Assembly (NCBI GenBank): GCA_025058225.1 | Contig: JANXEE010000017.1 | Span: 2,084 to 66,083 of the forward strand | Reading direction: 5' to 3' | Source of the DNA: Candidatus Calditenuaceae archaeon | Lineage (GTDB): Archaea > Thermoproteota > Nitrososphaeria_A > Caldarchaeales > Calditenuaceae | Length of the DNA stretch: 64,000 bases | Part shown: in pieces, positions 53,971 to 62,998 of the stretch | Layout: every line of letters begins with the position of its first letter | How positions within the stretch are numbered: the first letter of the stretch is position 1 | Notes under the pieces: generated by a model | Database searches by the model: none | Told to the model about the DNA's origin: nothing | What the model saw: only the letters and a program-made list of their open reading frames with translations | Translations under genes and position numbers: made by a program

Positions 53971-55956
53971 ATGACCAAGGGAGATATAAGATCTGCTCGC
54001 GTCATCTTCGATCCGTATCCCATAAACAACGGAATCGCGGTTGACCCCGACAATGACTTGGTCGTGGTCTCGGATGTGAACAAGAAAGGGCTGCTGATGT
54101 TCGACAGGACTGCAGGGTCGGTTTCTGACGACGCGGTCATAAAGCCCAAGCGCTACATCATCGGCGGACTTGAAAACTACCTAGGGTTCGTGGCGGGCGT
54201 CTCAGTCGACCCGAAAAGGGGGGAGATCTACGTGGTCAACAACGACATAGAGGACTGCATGAGCGTCTTCGACTACGAGGACGACGGCGCTGTCCTTCCG
54301 AAAAGGGTCATGATGGTCCCTCATAGAGCCTGGGGCGTTTCCGTAGGGGAGAACGAGGTCGCGATCTCGGTTCAAACTTTCGGTGTCGTGGTCTTTCCGA
54401 AGGAGGGTCAGGGATGTCCGGCGCCCACGAGAAGCATACTGGGGATAAACTCCGGGATGGCAGATCCACACGGAATCTTCATGGACGAGGTTCACGGCGA
54501 GATCATAGTCGCCAATCACGGAAACTGGAATCAGGAGGGTGCAAGGTACGGTATGGAGTCCTCAACCGAGATAGGGTGGGAGGTGAGAATGGAGTACGGT
54601 GGCAGATATCTCATGCCATCGATCACCGTGCATCCGGTAAGCGCAAACGGCGATGTTCCACCCACCAGGACGATTAGTGGCCGGTCAACAGGCCTCAACT
54701 GGCCCATGGGGCTGCACCTAGACAGGGGATCAGACGAAATAGTGGTTGCTAACAACGGAGACGACTCGGTCGTCTTCTTCAAGAGGAATGACAACGGCGA
54801 CGTCGCACCGCACAGGGTCATCCGTGGAGAAAAGACGGGGCTCAGGAGGCCTGTGAGCGTCTTCGTGGACGAGCAGAACGACGAGCTTTGGGTCGCCAAT
54901 TTCGGCGACTACAGCGTCCTAGTCTTCGAGAGGGATGTCGAAGGCAACGTGCAGCCGAAGCGTGTCATCAGGACCGCACCCAAGGGAACACCGATGATAG
55001 GGTTCACCAATCCGATGGCTGCCACCTATGACAGCAAGAGGAAGGAGTGGGTCATAGCGAACTGCGTCACGCAACCGAGGCTCTACACTTTGGATGTTAG
55101 CTTCAGCGGGAACGGCACGCCAAAAAGGATGGTTGATGGTCAGAGGACCAGACTGACCAGGACCATGCACGGCATAGCTTACAACCCTGCGAAGGACGAG
55201 CTCGTGATTCCTGCGCCTCTCGCTGCGGCCGTCCTCTGCTTCAAAGCGAACTCTGACGGTGAAGAACCCCCCATCAGGACCATTCAGGGACCCCGAACGA
55301 CGCTGATCTTCCCGCACGTTGTCAACTTGGACTTCACCAGACAAGAGATCCTCGTGGGTGATCCGGGCAGGGGAGCGGTGACGGTGTTCGACGTCAACGC
55401 CAACGGCGACACCACACCTCTGCGCTCGATATCTGGTCCCAACACGGGTTTAGATTACGTGGTCGGTGTAGGCGTTGATCCTGAGAACAGGGTAATGGCG
55501 GTCGCCAGCTGTGCTGTGGGAAGAGTGCCGAACGCAAGAACAGGGATCTTCTTATTCGATTGGAACGCGAACGGTAACGTGAAACCCCTGAGGGTGATAT
55601 CAGGTCCGAAGACCGGGATCCAGACGTATCCCTGGGGTCTCCAGGTATACAGAGGACACGTCTTCGTGGCCATCGGGAACTTCACCTATCTGCCTTGCTT
55701 CAGGCTGGACAAATGTATCCCCGGCAGGTCATACCTTCAGCCGACACCGTGGAACACTGATGGCTTCATAGGGGTCTGGAGCGTGCTGGACGACGGTGAC
55801 GTTCCGCCTAAGGCGACTATAAGGGGTCCCCTGAGCGAAATATGCACGCCTGCCGCATTGGTCATCAATCACGAGTCAAAAGAGCTCTTGGTGACCGACA
55901 GCGTTAGGAACGCGGCGTTCGTCTACAGAATAGCCGACGTTCTGGAGAACCTCTGA
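53971..55956 (+). CDS. Large (~12-blade) beta-propeller repeat protein (NHL/YVTN-like), cytoplasmic, function unknown
   Basis: About 12 degenerate ~48-aa repeats of form G(I/V)x(V/L)Dxxx(D/E)E(I/L)xVANxGxxSVxVFxRxxNGDVxPxRxIxGxxTGLxxP. No signal peptide. Confidence 0.6.
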   Translation: MTKGDIRSARVIFDPYPINNGIAVDPDNDLVVVSDVNKKGLLMFDRTAGSVSDDAVIKPKRYIIGGLENYLGFVAGVSVDPKRGEIYVVNNDIEDCMSVFDYEDDGAVLPKRVMMVPHRAWGVSVGENEVAISVQTFGVVVFPKEGQGCPAPTRSILGINSGMADPHGIFMDEVHGEIIVANHGNWNQEGARYGMESSTEIGWEVRMEYGGRYLMPSITVHPVSANGDVPPTRTISGRSTGLNWPMGLHLDRGSDEIVVANNGDDSVVFFKRNDNGDVAPHRVIRGEKTGLRRPVSVFVDEQNDELWVANFGDYSVLVFERDVEGNVQPKRVIRTAPKGTPMIGFTNPMAATYDSKRKEWVIANCVTQPRLYTLDVSFSGNGTPKRMVDGQRTRLTRTMHGIAYNPAKDELVIPAPLAAAVLCFKANSDGEEPPIRTIQGPRTTLIFPHVVNLDFTRQEILVGDPGRGAVTVFDVNANGDTTPLRSISGPNTGLDYVVGVGVDPENRVMAVASCAVGRVPNARTGIFLFDWNANGNVKPLRVISGPKTGIQTYPWGLQVYRGHVFVAIGNFTYLPCFRLDKCIPGRSYLQPTPWNTDGFIGVWSVLDDGDVPPKATIRGPLSEICTPAALVINHESKELLVTDSVRNAAFVYRIADVLENL

Positions 55957-56092
55957 GCTCCTGACGCATGGTTTCGCGTCTCCACGTGTGTGATGGTAAA
56001 GGGTTGTGCCCCGGGTCAATATCCCGAGTCCTCTTAACGAAGTTACTGCAGGGACAGGTTTAAATCCCTAGCCATGAACTGAGGTGTCTGGA

Positions 56093-56296
56093 ATGCGTAC
56101 TTGCCCCGAGTGCGGAGGGGTCATGGTCTACGAGCGATCGTCTAAGCTGTATTCGTGCACGTCGTGTGGGACCGCGATGAACTCCCAAGAACTGCTGGAG
56201 GCGAGCGAGCGCGCAAGGTCTGAGCGCGACAAGGTCGAGAGGGCCAAGCGGTGGAAAGACGATTACCTTGCGTGGTGGCTCTCGAGTAAAGAGTGA
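56093..56296 (+). CDS. Small zinc-ribbon protein with basic/coiled C-terminal tail
   Basis: CPECGG...CTSCG four-Cys ribbon, then ERARSERDKVERAKRWKDDY. Confidence 0.35.
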   Translation: MRTCPECGGVMVYERSSKLYSCTSCGTAMNSQELLEASERARSERDKVERAKRWKDDYLAWWLSSKE

Positions 56297-56468
56297 TCAC
56301 CTGAGGGCACGGCCACGCAACGGATCTCTTCTCGCGTTGCTCTTCTCATGGGACGTCTCGACGTCCTCAGGGGTTCAGAGAACGTTGCGCAGATCGCTTA
56401 TCACCATTTAACGGTTATTCAAAAATCGCCGGTCCACCTTAAATTGACCCTGATAGGCATCGACACGG

Positions 56469-56897
56469 TTGAGCGCTTTGAAGGCCGAGCTTAAGCTCAT
56501 GAGGATCGAGGAACTGAAGGAGCACGAGCAGTATGACCCGGTGCACCTAGAGGAGCTCTTCGCGGAGATCGTCAGGGACGGGGTTCTGAAGAGGCCTATA
56601 CTCGTCGACGAGCGGACGAAGACCATCATCGACGGCCACCACCGATATAACTGCATGAAACGATTGGGGAAGCGGTATATCCCTGCTTACCTGATCGACT
56701 ACAGGAGCGAGGATCTCGTCGTTGAACCTTGGGACAACCGCCCGCCGGTGACGAAGGAGGACGTGCTCAGGGCCGCACTCACAGGGCAGAAGCTCCCGCC
56801 GAAGTCATCCAAGCACATGGTCAAAATTGGTGGGGTACTGCAACACGTGACGTACATCGAGTACGAAAGGCCCACTCCGCTAAACGAGATACCCTGA
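56469..56897 (+). CDS. ParB/sulfiredoxin-fold (ParB-like nuclease N-terminal domain) protein with DGHHR motif, stand-alone
   Basis: RPILVDERTKTIIDGHHRYNCMKRLGKRYIPAYLID matches ParBc/Srx (compare DGQHR/GERR variants). No HTH or partner gene. Confidence 0.55.
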   Translation: MSALKAELKLMRIEELKEHEQYDPVHLEELFAEIVRDGVLKRPILVDERTKTIIDGHHRYNCMKRLGKRYIPAYLIDYRSEDLVVEPWDNRPPVTKEDVLRAALTGQKLPPKSSKHMVKIGGVLQHVTYIEYERPTPLNEIP

Positions 56898-56905
56898 CGA
56901 CGTCC

Positions 56906-58000
56906 TCAGGAGATCGATGCGATCTCGTCCCTGAGTTCCCTCGAGTTCCTCACGAACCTTACGCCGCCTCTCTTCACTAGGTCCCTGTACTGATCGATCC
57001 TCTCCTTCAGGTCTCTCATCATGTCGGCCAGGTAGTTGAAGAGGTACTCCTTGATCTCTCCGCTCAGCATCCTACCAGACCCGTATTCCTCCTCGATCCG
57101 GGAAAGCTCCGAGTCGTCCCTCATCAGGAACCTCAATATCTGGTACGGGACGTCCACCTCTAAGTTCGCTCCCAACCTCCTGTGGACCTCTATCGGCTCC
57201 CTGCCACCGGAGAAGGCCTTGAAGACCTTCCTTCTGAGCTCCTGTGCGTCATCCTCCGGTATGAAGATCGCGGAGTAGGGGTCGCTTTTGCTCATTTTTC
57301 CCTCGCCCCTCAGACTTGGAACGTCCCTGATGTACGCGCCGATGATGGGTTTGAACTGGAAGTATGGTGTTCTCCTCACGTAGTCCCTCGCCAGCCGGAG
57401 GTGAGGGTCTTGGTCGAGACCTACGGGTATAACACCCGGAACGTCGCAAACGAGCTGGGGGAAGAGGACATCTCCTATCTGGTAGAGGCTTGAGACGATC
57501 CGTGAGGGCTCCGCGTTACCGTACACCGCTCTGAACTCGCTGAGGGTTATCTCCCTCGCAGCGTCAGCTGCTATTCTATGCACATCTATGTTATCTGATT
57601 GGAAGTAAAAGATCGTTTCCTCAGGGTCTATACCGAGTGCTAAATACGTGGGTATGTGGTTCTCCAAGGCGATCCTCCTACCCTCCTCTAGCCCTACGTT
57701 CCTGGTCGAGAGGGACTCCAAATCCGCTACGAGTAGCACCGTGAACTCGGCCTTTGACGCGAAGCACTTGACCGCTTCGACGACTGCCATCGTTCCGAGG
57801 TGTATCCTGTCATGGGAGGGCATTATTCCAGTGAGGACGTAATATTCAGACGTCGTTAGCGCGCTTCGCAGTTCCTCCTTCGTCCTCGCGGAGAAGATTA
57901 TCCTCCTTTTTATGAAGTAATGATCGATCGGTAGTTCACTCGGGTCCAGCTCCGTGAGTCCGAACTCCTCCAACAGCTTGGCCTCTCTAGAGTTCTCCAA
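56906..58000 (-). CDS. trpS: Tryptophanyl-tRNA synthetase (archaeal/eukaryotic type)
   Basis: HIGH-like HLGT, KMSKS (GEGKMSKSDP). C-terminal GANLEVDVPYQILRFLMRDDSELSRIEEEYGSGRMLSGEIKEYL closely parallels the TrpRS-specific [41 protein letters not shown] block. 364 aa. Confidence 0.85.
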   Translation of the reverse strand: MENSREAKLLEEFGLTELDPSELPIDHYFIKRRIIFSARTKEELRSALTTSEYYVLTGIMPSHDRIHLGTMAVVEAVKCFASKAEFTVLLVADLESLSTRNVGLEEGRRIALENHIPTYLALGIDPEETIFYFQSDNIDVHRIAADAAREITLSEFRAVYGNAEPSRIVSSLYQIGDVLFPQLVCDVPGVIPVGLDQDPHLRLARDYVRRTPYFQFKPIIGAYIRDVPSLRGEGKMSKSDPYSAIFIPEDDAQELRRKVFKAFSGGREPIEVHRRLGANLEVDVPYQILRFLMRDDSELSRIEEEYGSGRMLSGEIKEYLFNYLADMMRDLKERIDQYRDLVKRGGVRFVRNSRELRDEIASIS

Positions 58001-58103
58001 AATCGGTTGCCTCCCAGCCCGAGGGGATGGTGGTCTTATTTAGAACTTAACCGTCAGCGACCGTCGCTGGAGGAATTCGTCTGAGTAAAGGCGGTGAACC
58101 GCG

Positions 58104-58217
58104 CGCCGGGGGCGGGACTCGAACCCGCGCGCCCCCCGAGGGGGCAGCGGCTCACGCGTCGTCTGGCCAGAGGTCACGATCTCGAGGCCGCCCCAATAGC
58201 CGCTATGGGACCCCGGC
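58104..58217 (-). tRNA. tRNA-Ser (anticodon CGA) with ~28-nt intron after position 37/38 and long variable arm; no encoded CCA
   Basis: Reverse-complement folds as acceptor GCCGGGG/CCCCGGC, D-arm CCAT-AGCGGCTA-TTGG, anticodon stem GCGGC/GCCGC, loop CUCGAGA (CGA), GC-rich extra arm CCCCC-TCG-GGGGG, and T-arm GCGGG-TTCGAGT-CCCGC. The 114-nt length implies an intron. Confidence 0.75.
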
Positions 58218-58231
58218 TCCGAGTTACCTCC

Positions 58232-59776
58232 TCATCGGTCGCTCTTAACTCTGTGAGCGGCCCTGGCCCTGTAAACCCTGACGGAGAAGACTGCGAGTGC
58301 GATCAGCTGGGCAGCCGCTACGAAGGCCAGCGCCAGCGTGAAGTCGGTGGGCGTGTAGACAACCAGCTCGACCTCCTGCTCCCTCGAGGCGTTGAACAGC
58401 TGCCTCGCAGTGCCCCATTGCGTTTCGGCGGTCACGTTGTAGACGTAGGCCGGTATCCTGAGAGTGGCAGCGCCGTTGAGCTCGATCGAGAGCGACCCGT
58501 TGAGCGAGAGCTTCGCCTTTATGGCATCCGGATGGCCAGCCAGCCTCACCCTCAGGAGCACCTCCGACATCGGAACTGCTAAGACCGTCTCCCTTCCCGG
58601 ATACAGCGTCACCTCACCGATCGCATCGGACACATCGATGCCCCCCACGGTGACGGAGGGCGTTACCGTTAGAGCGTCATCGACCTGTCGGATCTCCCTG
58701 AAGTCGAACCTCTGGGGGACCAGCACCGTTACAGCTCCGTCCCTCACGCTGACGAACCCCTCTACGTTAAAGGAGTAGTAGTCGATGGTTTGGCCGGTCA
58801 CCGCGTCGACGACCTTGACCTCGTACAGCGGCAAGTTGAGGTTTATCGACTCCATCGTGCCGGTCTCGTAGTTCAAGTACACCAGCCGAATGCCGTCTCT
58901 CAGCTCGTTTACGTTCAGTTGCCTGTATGTTGAGAGCCTTGGGACCCTGAACTCGAAAGGTGCGACCTCTACCGTGAAGGTTCCGGTGAACGTCTGGCCA
59001 TCGGGGGTCGCGCCAACCAACCGAATCGAATACGTCCCGTACCTCAACGGGAATATGCCTCCTTGGCCCACTCTTCCGAGCTCCGGCAACCTCACCGGTA
59101 CGACCGTTCCCCTCACTGGCCTATCGTACCTGTAGACTCCCACCAAGGGGTCGATGGTGTACGTGAAGGGGGTTCCGCTGACCTTCCCGGAGATCGTGAA
59201 GCGATCCGGATAGAGGAGGTACAGGACCACAAACCGGAAGGGCCTCCCTACGTCCAAGAGGAGCTCACCCCCGGGCTTGGCCCGCAGAGCGCTCCGATCG
59301 TCCGCAGGCTCCTCGACTCTGAAACCCAGATAGGGCGGCCCTTGCAGGTTTAATATCAATTGGTCATGTGTGTCCTTCTCGACGGTGATAACGCCGTAGA
59401 GCAACGACCCCCTCTCCGAGACCACCAACGTCATCTCGCATCCGTCATCCAAGAGAAGCCTCCACACGCCGCCGTCTCCGCGCGCGAACTCCCTCAGAAG
59501 GGTCGGAGCTTTCTCGGTGAGGACGTATTTGTCCTTCCTTCCCTGCGGGTCGGTCAGGAAGACCGTCGAGCCCCCTGAGGGTGATAGGACGTAGAGCTGC
59601 TCGCCGACGGCGAAGCTGAGGTCACCACCGTCGACGAAGGGGAGGAACCCATTTCCGCTGTAGCCGATCAGCAAGCCACAGGTCTTCTCGGCTTGGGACA
59701 GTCCAGTCACCGGGAGCGACAACAGCGTCAAAGTCAGCAACAGCACCTCAGCGCCTCGCAGCGATCGCCGCATACG
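58232..59776 (-). CDS. Large secreted/surface protein: signal peptide, beta-rich ectodomain, C-terminal TM anchor (S-layer-like or pseudo-pilin-like), hypothetical
   Basis: N-terminal LLLTLTLLSLPVTGLSQA signal. About 480-aa T/V/G-rich ectodomain. C-terminal LALAFVAAAQLIALAVFSV TM followed by a basic tail. Confidence 0.55.
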   Translation of the reverse strand, partial: RMRRSLRGAEVLLLTLTLLSLPVTGLSQAEKTCGLLIGYSGNGFLPFVDGGDLSFAVGEQLYVLSPSGGSTVFLTDPQGRKDKYVLTEKAPTLLREFARGDGGVWRLLLDDGCEMTLVVSERGSLLYGVITVEKDTHDQLILNLQGPPYLGFRVEEPADDRSALRAKPGGELLLDVGRPFRFVVLYLLYPDRFTISGKVSGTPFTYTIDPLVGVYRYDRPVRGTVVPVRLPELGRVGQGGIFPLRYGTYSIRLVGATPDGQTFTGTFTVEVAPFEFRVPRLSTYRQLNVNELRDGIRLVYLNYETGTMESINLNLPLYEVKVVDAVTGQTIDYYSFNVEGFVSVRDGAVTVLVPQRFDFREIRQVDDALTVTPSVTVGGIDVSDAIGEVTLYPGRETVLAVPMSEVLLRVRLAGHPDAIKAKLSLNGSLSIELNGAATLRIPAYVYNVTAETQWGTARQLFNASREQEVELVVYTPTDFTLALAFVAAAQLIALAVFSVRVYRARAAHRVKSDR

Positions 59777-60464
59777 CACCACCGAAGAGTACACTCAGTG
59801 CCACTAAGAGTGTCGCCGCAACTGCACCGTCCGAGAAGTTCATCGAATAGTACACGATGAAGGCGAGGAGAGAGATTGCTATAGCGCCCGACTTAATCAG
59901 GGTTCCGTAGAGAGATTCGGATTTGAAACCCAACCTCTGATGTGCGAAAAGCAGCAACGATATCAGGGAGACGGCCATCAAGGGCACGACGGGCCCCGTT
60001 GTCGAGATGTCGATCGAACCCAACTCGCTCTCCCGACCCCTTAGGATCGACGAGACGAGCGAGTACAGTAGCGCCCTCGGGTTTCCGTCAGATACCTGAA
60101 CGCTGAAGAAGCTCACCATGCCCATTACAACCGAGGAGATGTACGCCCCCACGAGCCCCGCGACCGAGCGGGCCTGTAGAACCGAAAACAACACGAGCAC
60201 CGGCAGCGAGATCACGTATCCTCCAGCGAGGTCCAAGAGTAAGAGGTTGCTGGAGGTCAGGAGGTCGTATACAGAGTAGAGCGCAGGTGCGTAGATCAGC
60301 GTCAGGGTCAGAGTCTGCAGCCTCGGCGGGAGCATCGTGGTTGAGAGCGACAGAAATCCCAGCGCTGAGAACAGGGTCCATCTGGTCATCATGACGGCCG
60401 CCGTCAGCATGTAGAGCAGTGGCGAAAGAGCGAGCAGCCCGAAGAGGTATTCGCTAGTCTTCAT
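59748..60464 (-). CDS. Polytopic membrane protein (about 7 TM), hypothetical; part of the MoxR cluster
   Basis: 238 aa and hydrophobic throughout. Overlaps both neighbours. Confidence 0.5.
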   Translation of the reverse strand: MKTSEYLFGLLALSPLLYMLTAAVMMTRWTLFSALGFLSLSTTMLPPRLQTLTLTLIYAPALYSVYDLLTSSNLLLLDLAGGYVISLPVLVLFSVLQARSVAGLVGAYISSVVMGMVSFFSVQVSDGNPRALLYSLVSSILRGRESELGSIDISTTGPVVPLMAVSLISLLLFAHQRLGFKSESLYGTLIKSGAIAISLLAFIVYYSMNFSDGAVAATLLVALSVLFGGAYAAIAARR

Positions 60465-61716
60465 GGGCGACCGACCTACTGACGACCCTCAGGCTAGGTG
60501 CGCCTTCAAGCTCCTCGATGCTGCATTCCTCCGGGAAAGAGGAGAGGTTTCGCGCCCTGATCGACTCCAGCGGTCTTCGGGCCAGTTCCATGGCTCCTCC
60601 CAGATAGGACTCCAGACGGGGGAAGACGACCATGACCCTGCATCCGGTGGAGGTCGCGGCCTTGGCCACCTTGGAGAGCTCATCGATCTGGTTCGATCCG
60701 AGCGACGTTGCCAGCATCAGGAGGCATCCGCGAGGCAGCGATCCGATTACCTCAGAGGCGTACTCGGTGTCTTCAACCTCAGAGACCTCGAGGGACCTCA
60801 GGAAGCTCTCCACCTCGATGGCTGATCTAGGCCTCACCGAAGACAGACCGTCGCCCGATACGGCGAAGATCTTCACTGAGTTCCCCTGCTCCACGAGCTG
60901 GGCGAGGAGGAGCTCGAGGAAGTCCAGAACGTCGTCGAAGTAATCCGATCGGGTACCGAACCTCATCTCCGGGGAGCAATCGATCACCGCGACGACGTTC
61001 CCTCTCGCGAGCTTCTCGTACTTCTTCACGAGTATTTCGTTGTCGGTGAGGGTGGCAGTTTTCCTCCAGTGTACGCTCCGCAGCTTGTCGCCCGGCAGGA
61101 AGGGTCTGACCCCTGAGAAATGCGTGTCCTCGCCGATGAAGGGGTTCGTGACCGTGCCAAAGGCCGGGCCCCACAGCATCCTCGCAGTCTCCAAGTCGCT
61201 AGACCTGCTCCTCTCCTTTGAGAGCCTGATCTCCCCGGGACAACTCGCGAAGATCGTCCTAGTGACGAGCCCCCACGGATCAGAAAGGATGCAGACAACC
61301 CCCTTGAACTTGACGGCCCTAACACCTCCCCAGAGGACAGCCCTGTAGGAGAGGGTGATCGTGCTCCTGCCCCTAACGGTAGACTTCGCAGAGCTCGTGC
61401 CCTCTATCAGCCTCAGCCCCCGCGGGAAGACCTCACGGACCTCAACACCCCCCTCCCAACTCAACTCCACGCTCAACCTCACCTCCGCTGAAGACCCCTC
61501 TGGAAGTTCCTCAGTGGACAGAGACCTGTGGACGTCTATCAGCGATCTGTCGAAGGACGAGATCCTCCTTACGGTGAGGACCACATAGAACGAGAAGAAG
61601 AGCGTCAGGAAGGTCATGGAGAGGAACATGATGGGATTCGGGAAGACGGCACTGAAAAGGAATGAAGATACCGTCAACTCCATCAGCAGTATCCTCGCCT
61701 GTGAGGTCATCATATA
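60454..61716 (-). CDS. DUF58-family protein (MoxR-associated, VWA-like) with N-terminal TM hairpin
   Basis: HFSGVRPFLPGDKLRSVHWRKTA...VVAVIDCSPEMRFG matches the DUF58 core F.GvR.Y.pGD..R.IdW. Two N-terminal TM helices. Confidence 0.7.
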   Translation of the reverse strand, partial: YMMTSQARILLMELTVSSFLFSAVFPNPIMFLSMTFLTLFFSFYVVLTVRRISSFDRSLIDVHRSLSTEELPEGSSAEVRLSVELSWEGGVEVREVFPRGLRLIEGTSSAKSTVRGRSTITLSYRAVLWGGVRAVKFKGVVCILSDPWGLVTRTIFASCPGEIRLSKERSRSSDLETARMLWGPAFGTVTNPFIGEDTHFSGVRPFLPGDKLRSVHWRKTATLTDNEILVKKYEKLARGNVVAVIDCSPEMRFGTRSDYFDDVLDFLELLLAQLVEQGNSVKIFAVSGDGLSSVRPRSAIEVESFLRSLEVSEVEDTEYASEVIGSLPRGCLLMLATSLGSNQIDELSKVAKAATSTGCRVMVVFPRLESYLGGAMELARRPLESIRARNLSSFPEECSIEELEGAPSLRVVSRSVAHED

Positions 61717-62756
61717 GGGACGTCCACCTCCTCTATGGCCCGCTGGATGACCTCGAACTCCGACCAAGAGGTGAAAGGGCCCTTCCTCCTGGACCTGAGG
61801 ATTATCCTATGATTGAGGACGAGCGGTGCCACCGACTTGATGTGGTCCGGCGTAACGTAAGAGCAGCCCGAAATGGCTGCCTTGGCCTTAGCCGCGTACA
61901 TCAGCGCCACCTCTGCCCGTGTACTGGCACCGAGGTACACCTCAGGCATCTGACGCGTCTTCCTGACTATGTCGACTATGTACTCCATGATCGAATCGTC
62001 TACCCGTATCGATGAGATCGCAGCGATCCCTCTCAGCACGACGTCCTCCCCGACCACAGGCTTGATCTCAGGTTCTTCGCCGGAGACCTGCTTCATCCTC
62101 AGGACCTCTATCTCCTGCTCGCGCTCAGGGTGTGTGACGATGACCCTCACGAGGAATCGATCGAGCTGCGCCTCCGGCAGCGGGAAGGTCCCCTCCAGCT
62201 CTATCGGGTTCTGGGTGGCGATCACCATGAAGGGCCTCGGGGTATCGTAGCTCACGCCCTCGACGGTGACCTGACGCTCCTGCATCACCTCCAGAAGCGC
62301 CGACTGGGTCCTCGGGGGGCCCCTGTTGATCTCATCTGCGAGGACCAGGTTCGCGAATATCGGCCCCTTCCTGAAGACGAACTGTCCTGTGGACTTGTCG
62401 TAGACGAGGGAACCGGTGATGTCCGACGGCAGCAGGTCGCTGGTGATCTGAATTCTGCTGAAGGTGAGGTTGAGGGTTTTCGCGAAGTATTTGGCGAGGT
62501 ACGTCTTCGCGAGTCCCGGCACCCCTTCCATCAGCACGTGTCCTTCCGTCAAGAGGGCGATGAGAAGGGCCTCGATCGCGTCGTCCATACCCACGATGAC
62601 CTTGTGGATCTCGTTCACGACCCTCCGGACCACGTCCCTCAGCTCATGGAGGCCCAGCAGCTCTACCCTCTCCTCGTCGCCCACCTGACGAGCCACCTCC
62701 TCCCTGAGGGGGTGAGGGACAGAAGTGCGGAGTAGAGCTTCACGATCCCGAGCCAT
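61710..62756 (-). CDS. moxR: MoxR-family AAA+ ATPase
   Basis: VIVGMDDAIEALLIALLTEGHVLMEGVPGLAKT Walker A, Walker B LLADEINR, sensor motifs. 348 aa. Confidence 0.85.
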   Translation of the reverse strand: MARDREALLRTSVPHPLREEVARQVGDEERVELLGLHELRDVVRRVVNEIHKVIVGMDDAIEALLIALLTEGHVLMEGVPGLAKTYLAKYFAKTLNLTFSRIQITSDLLPSDITGSLVYDKSTGQFVFRKGPIFANLVLADEINRGPPRTQSALLEVMQERQVTVEGVSYDTPRPFMVIATQNPIELEGTFPLPEAQLDRFLVRVIVTHPEREQEIEVLRMKQVSGEEPEIKPVVGEDVVLRGIAAISSIRVDDSIMEYIVDIVRKTRQMPEVYLGASTRAEVALMYAAKAKAAISGCSYVTPDHIKSVAPLVLNHRIILRSRRKGPFTSWSEFEVIQRAIEEVDVPI

Positions 62757-62998
62757 CCTCTTGCCCTACGAAGCGATGTCCCGGACTTATCGACCAACCA
62801 TCGGACGTCCTTCACGTCGAAGAACTCCTCCTCTCCCAGCGCGTAACGGAGGACCCTCGAGACCCGGTGAACCGGGAGCTGTTGCGCTGCGGTTTTAGGT
62901 GTCTGAGGCCTCACGAACAGCAGGAAGATCAGTGACGCAACGAGTATCACGACCAATACGTATGGGCCGCCTAAGAGTTCCGCGATCGGTCCCCTCAT
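62663..62998 (-). CDS. Small protein with N-terminal TM helix, hypothetical
   Basis: 111-aa ORF whose ATG overlaps the stop of the MoaD-like gene (ATGA). Its 3' end overlaps the annotated MoxR start by 94 nt, so one of the two starts is probably mis-set. Confidence 0.3.
   Translation of the reverse strand: MRGPIAELLGGPYVLVVILVASLIFLLFVRPQTPKTAAQQLPVHRVSRVLRYALGEEEFFDVKDVRWLVDKSGTSLRRARGWLGIVKLYSALLSLTPSGRRWLVRWATRRG

Noticed and set aside
56906-58000. Alternative call of tyrosyl-tRNA synthetase for the class I aaRS
   Set aside because: Length (364 aa), the long N-terminal extension before HLG, and the C-terminal GANLEVDV...YGSGRMLSGEIK block match TrpRS rather than the shorter archaeal TyrRS.
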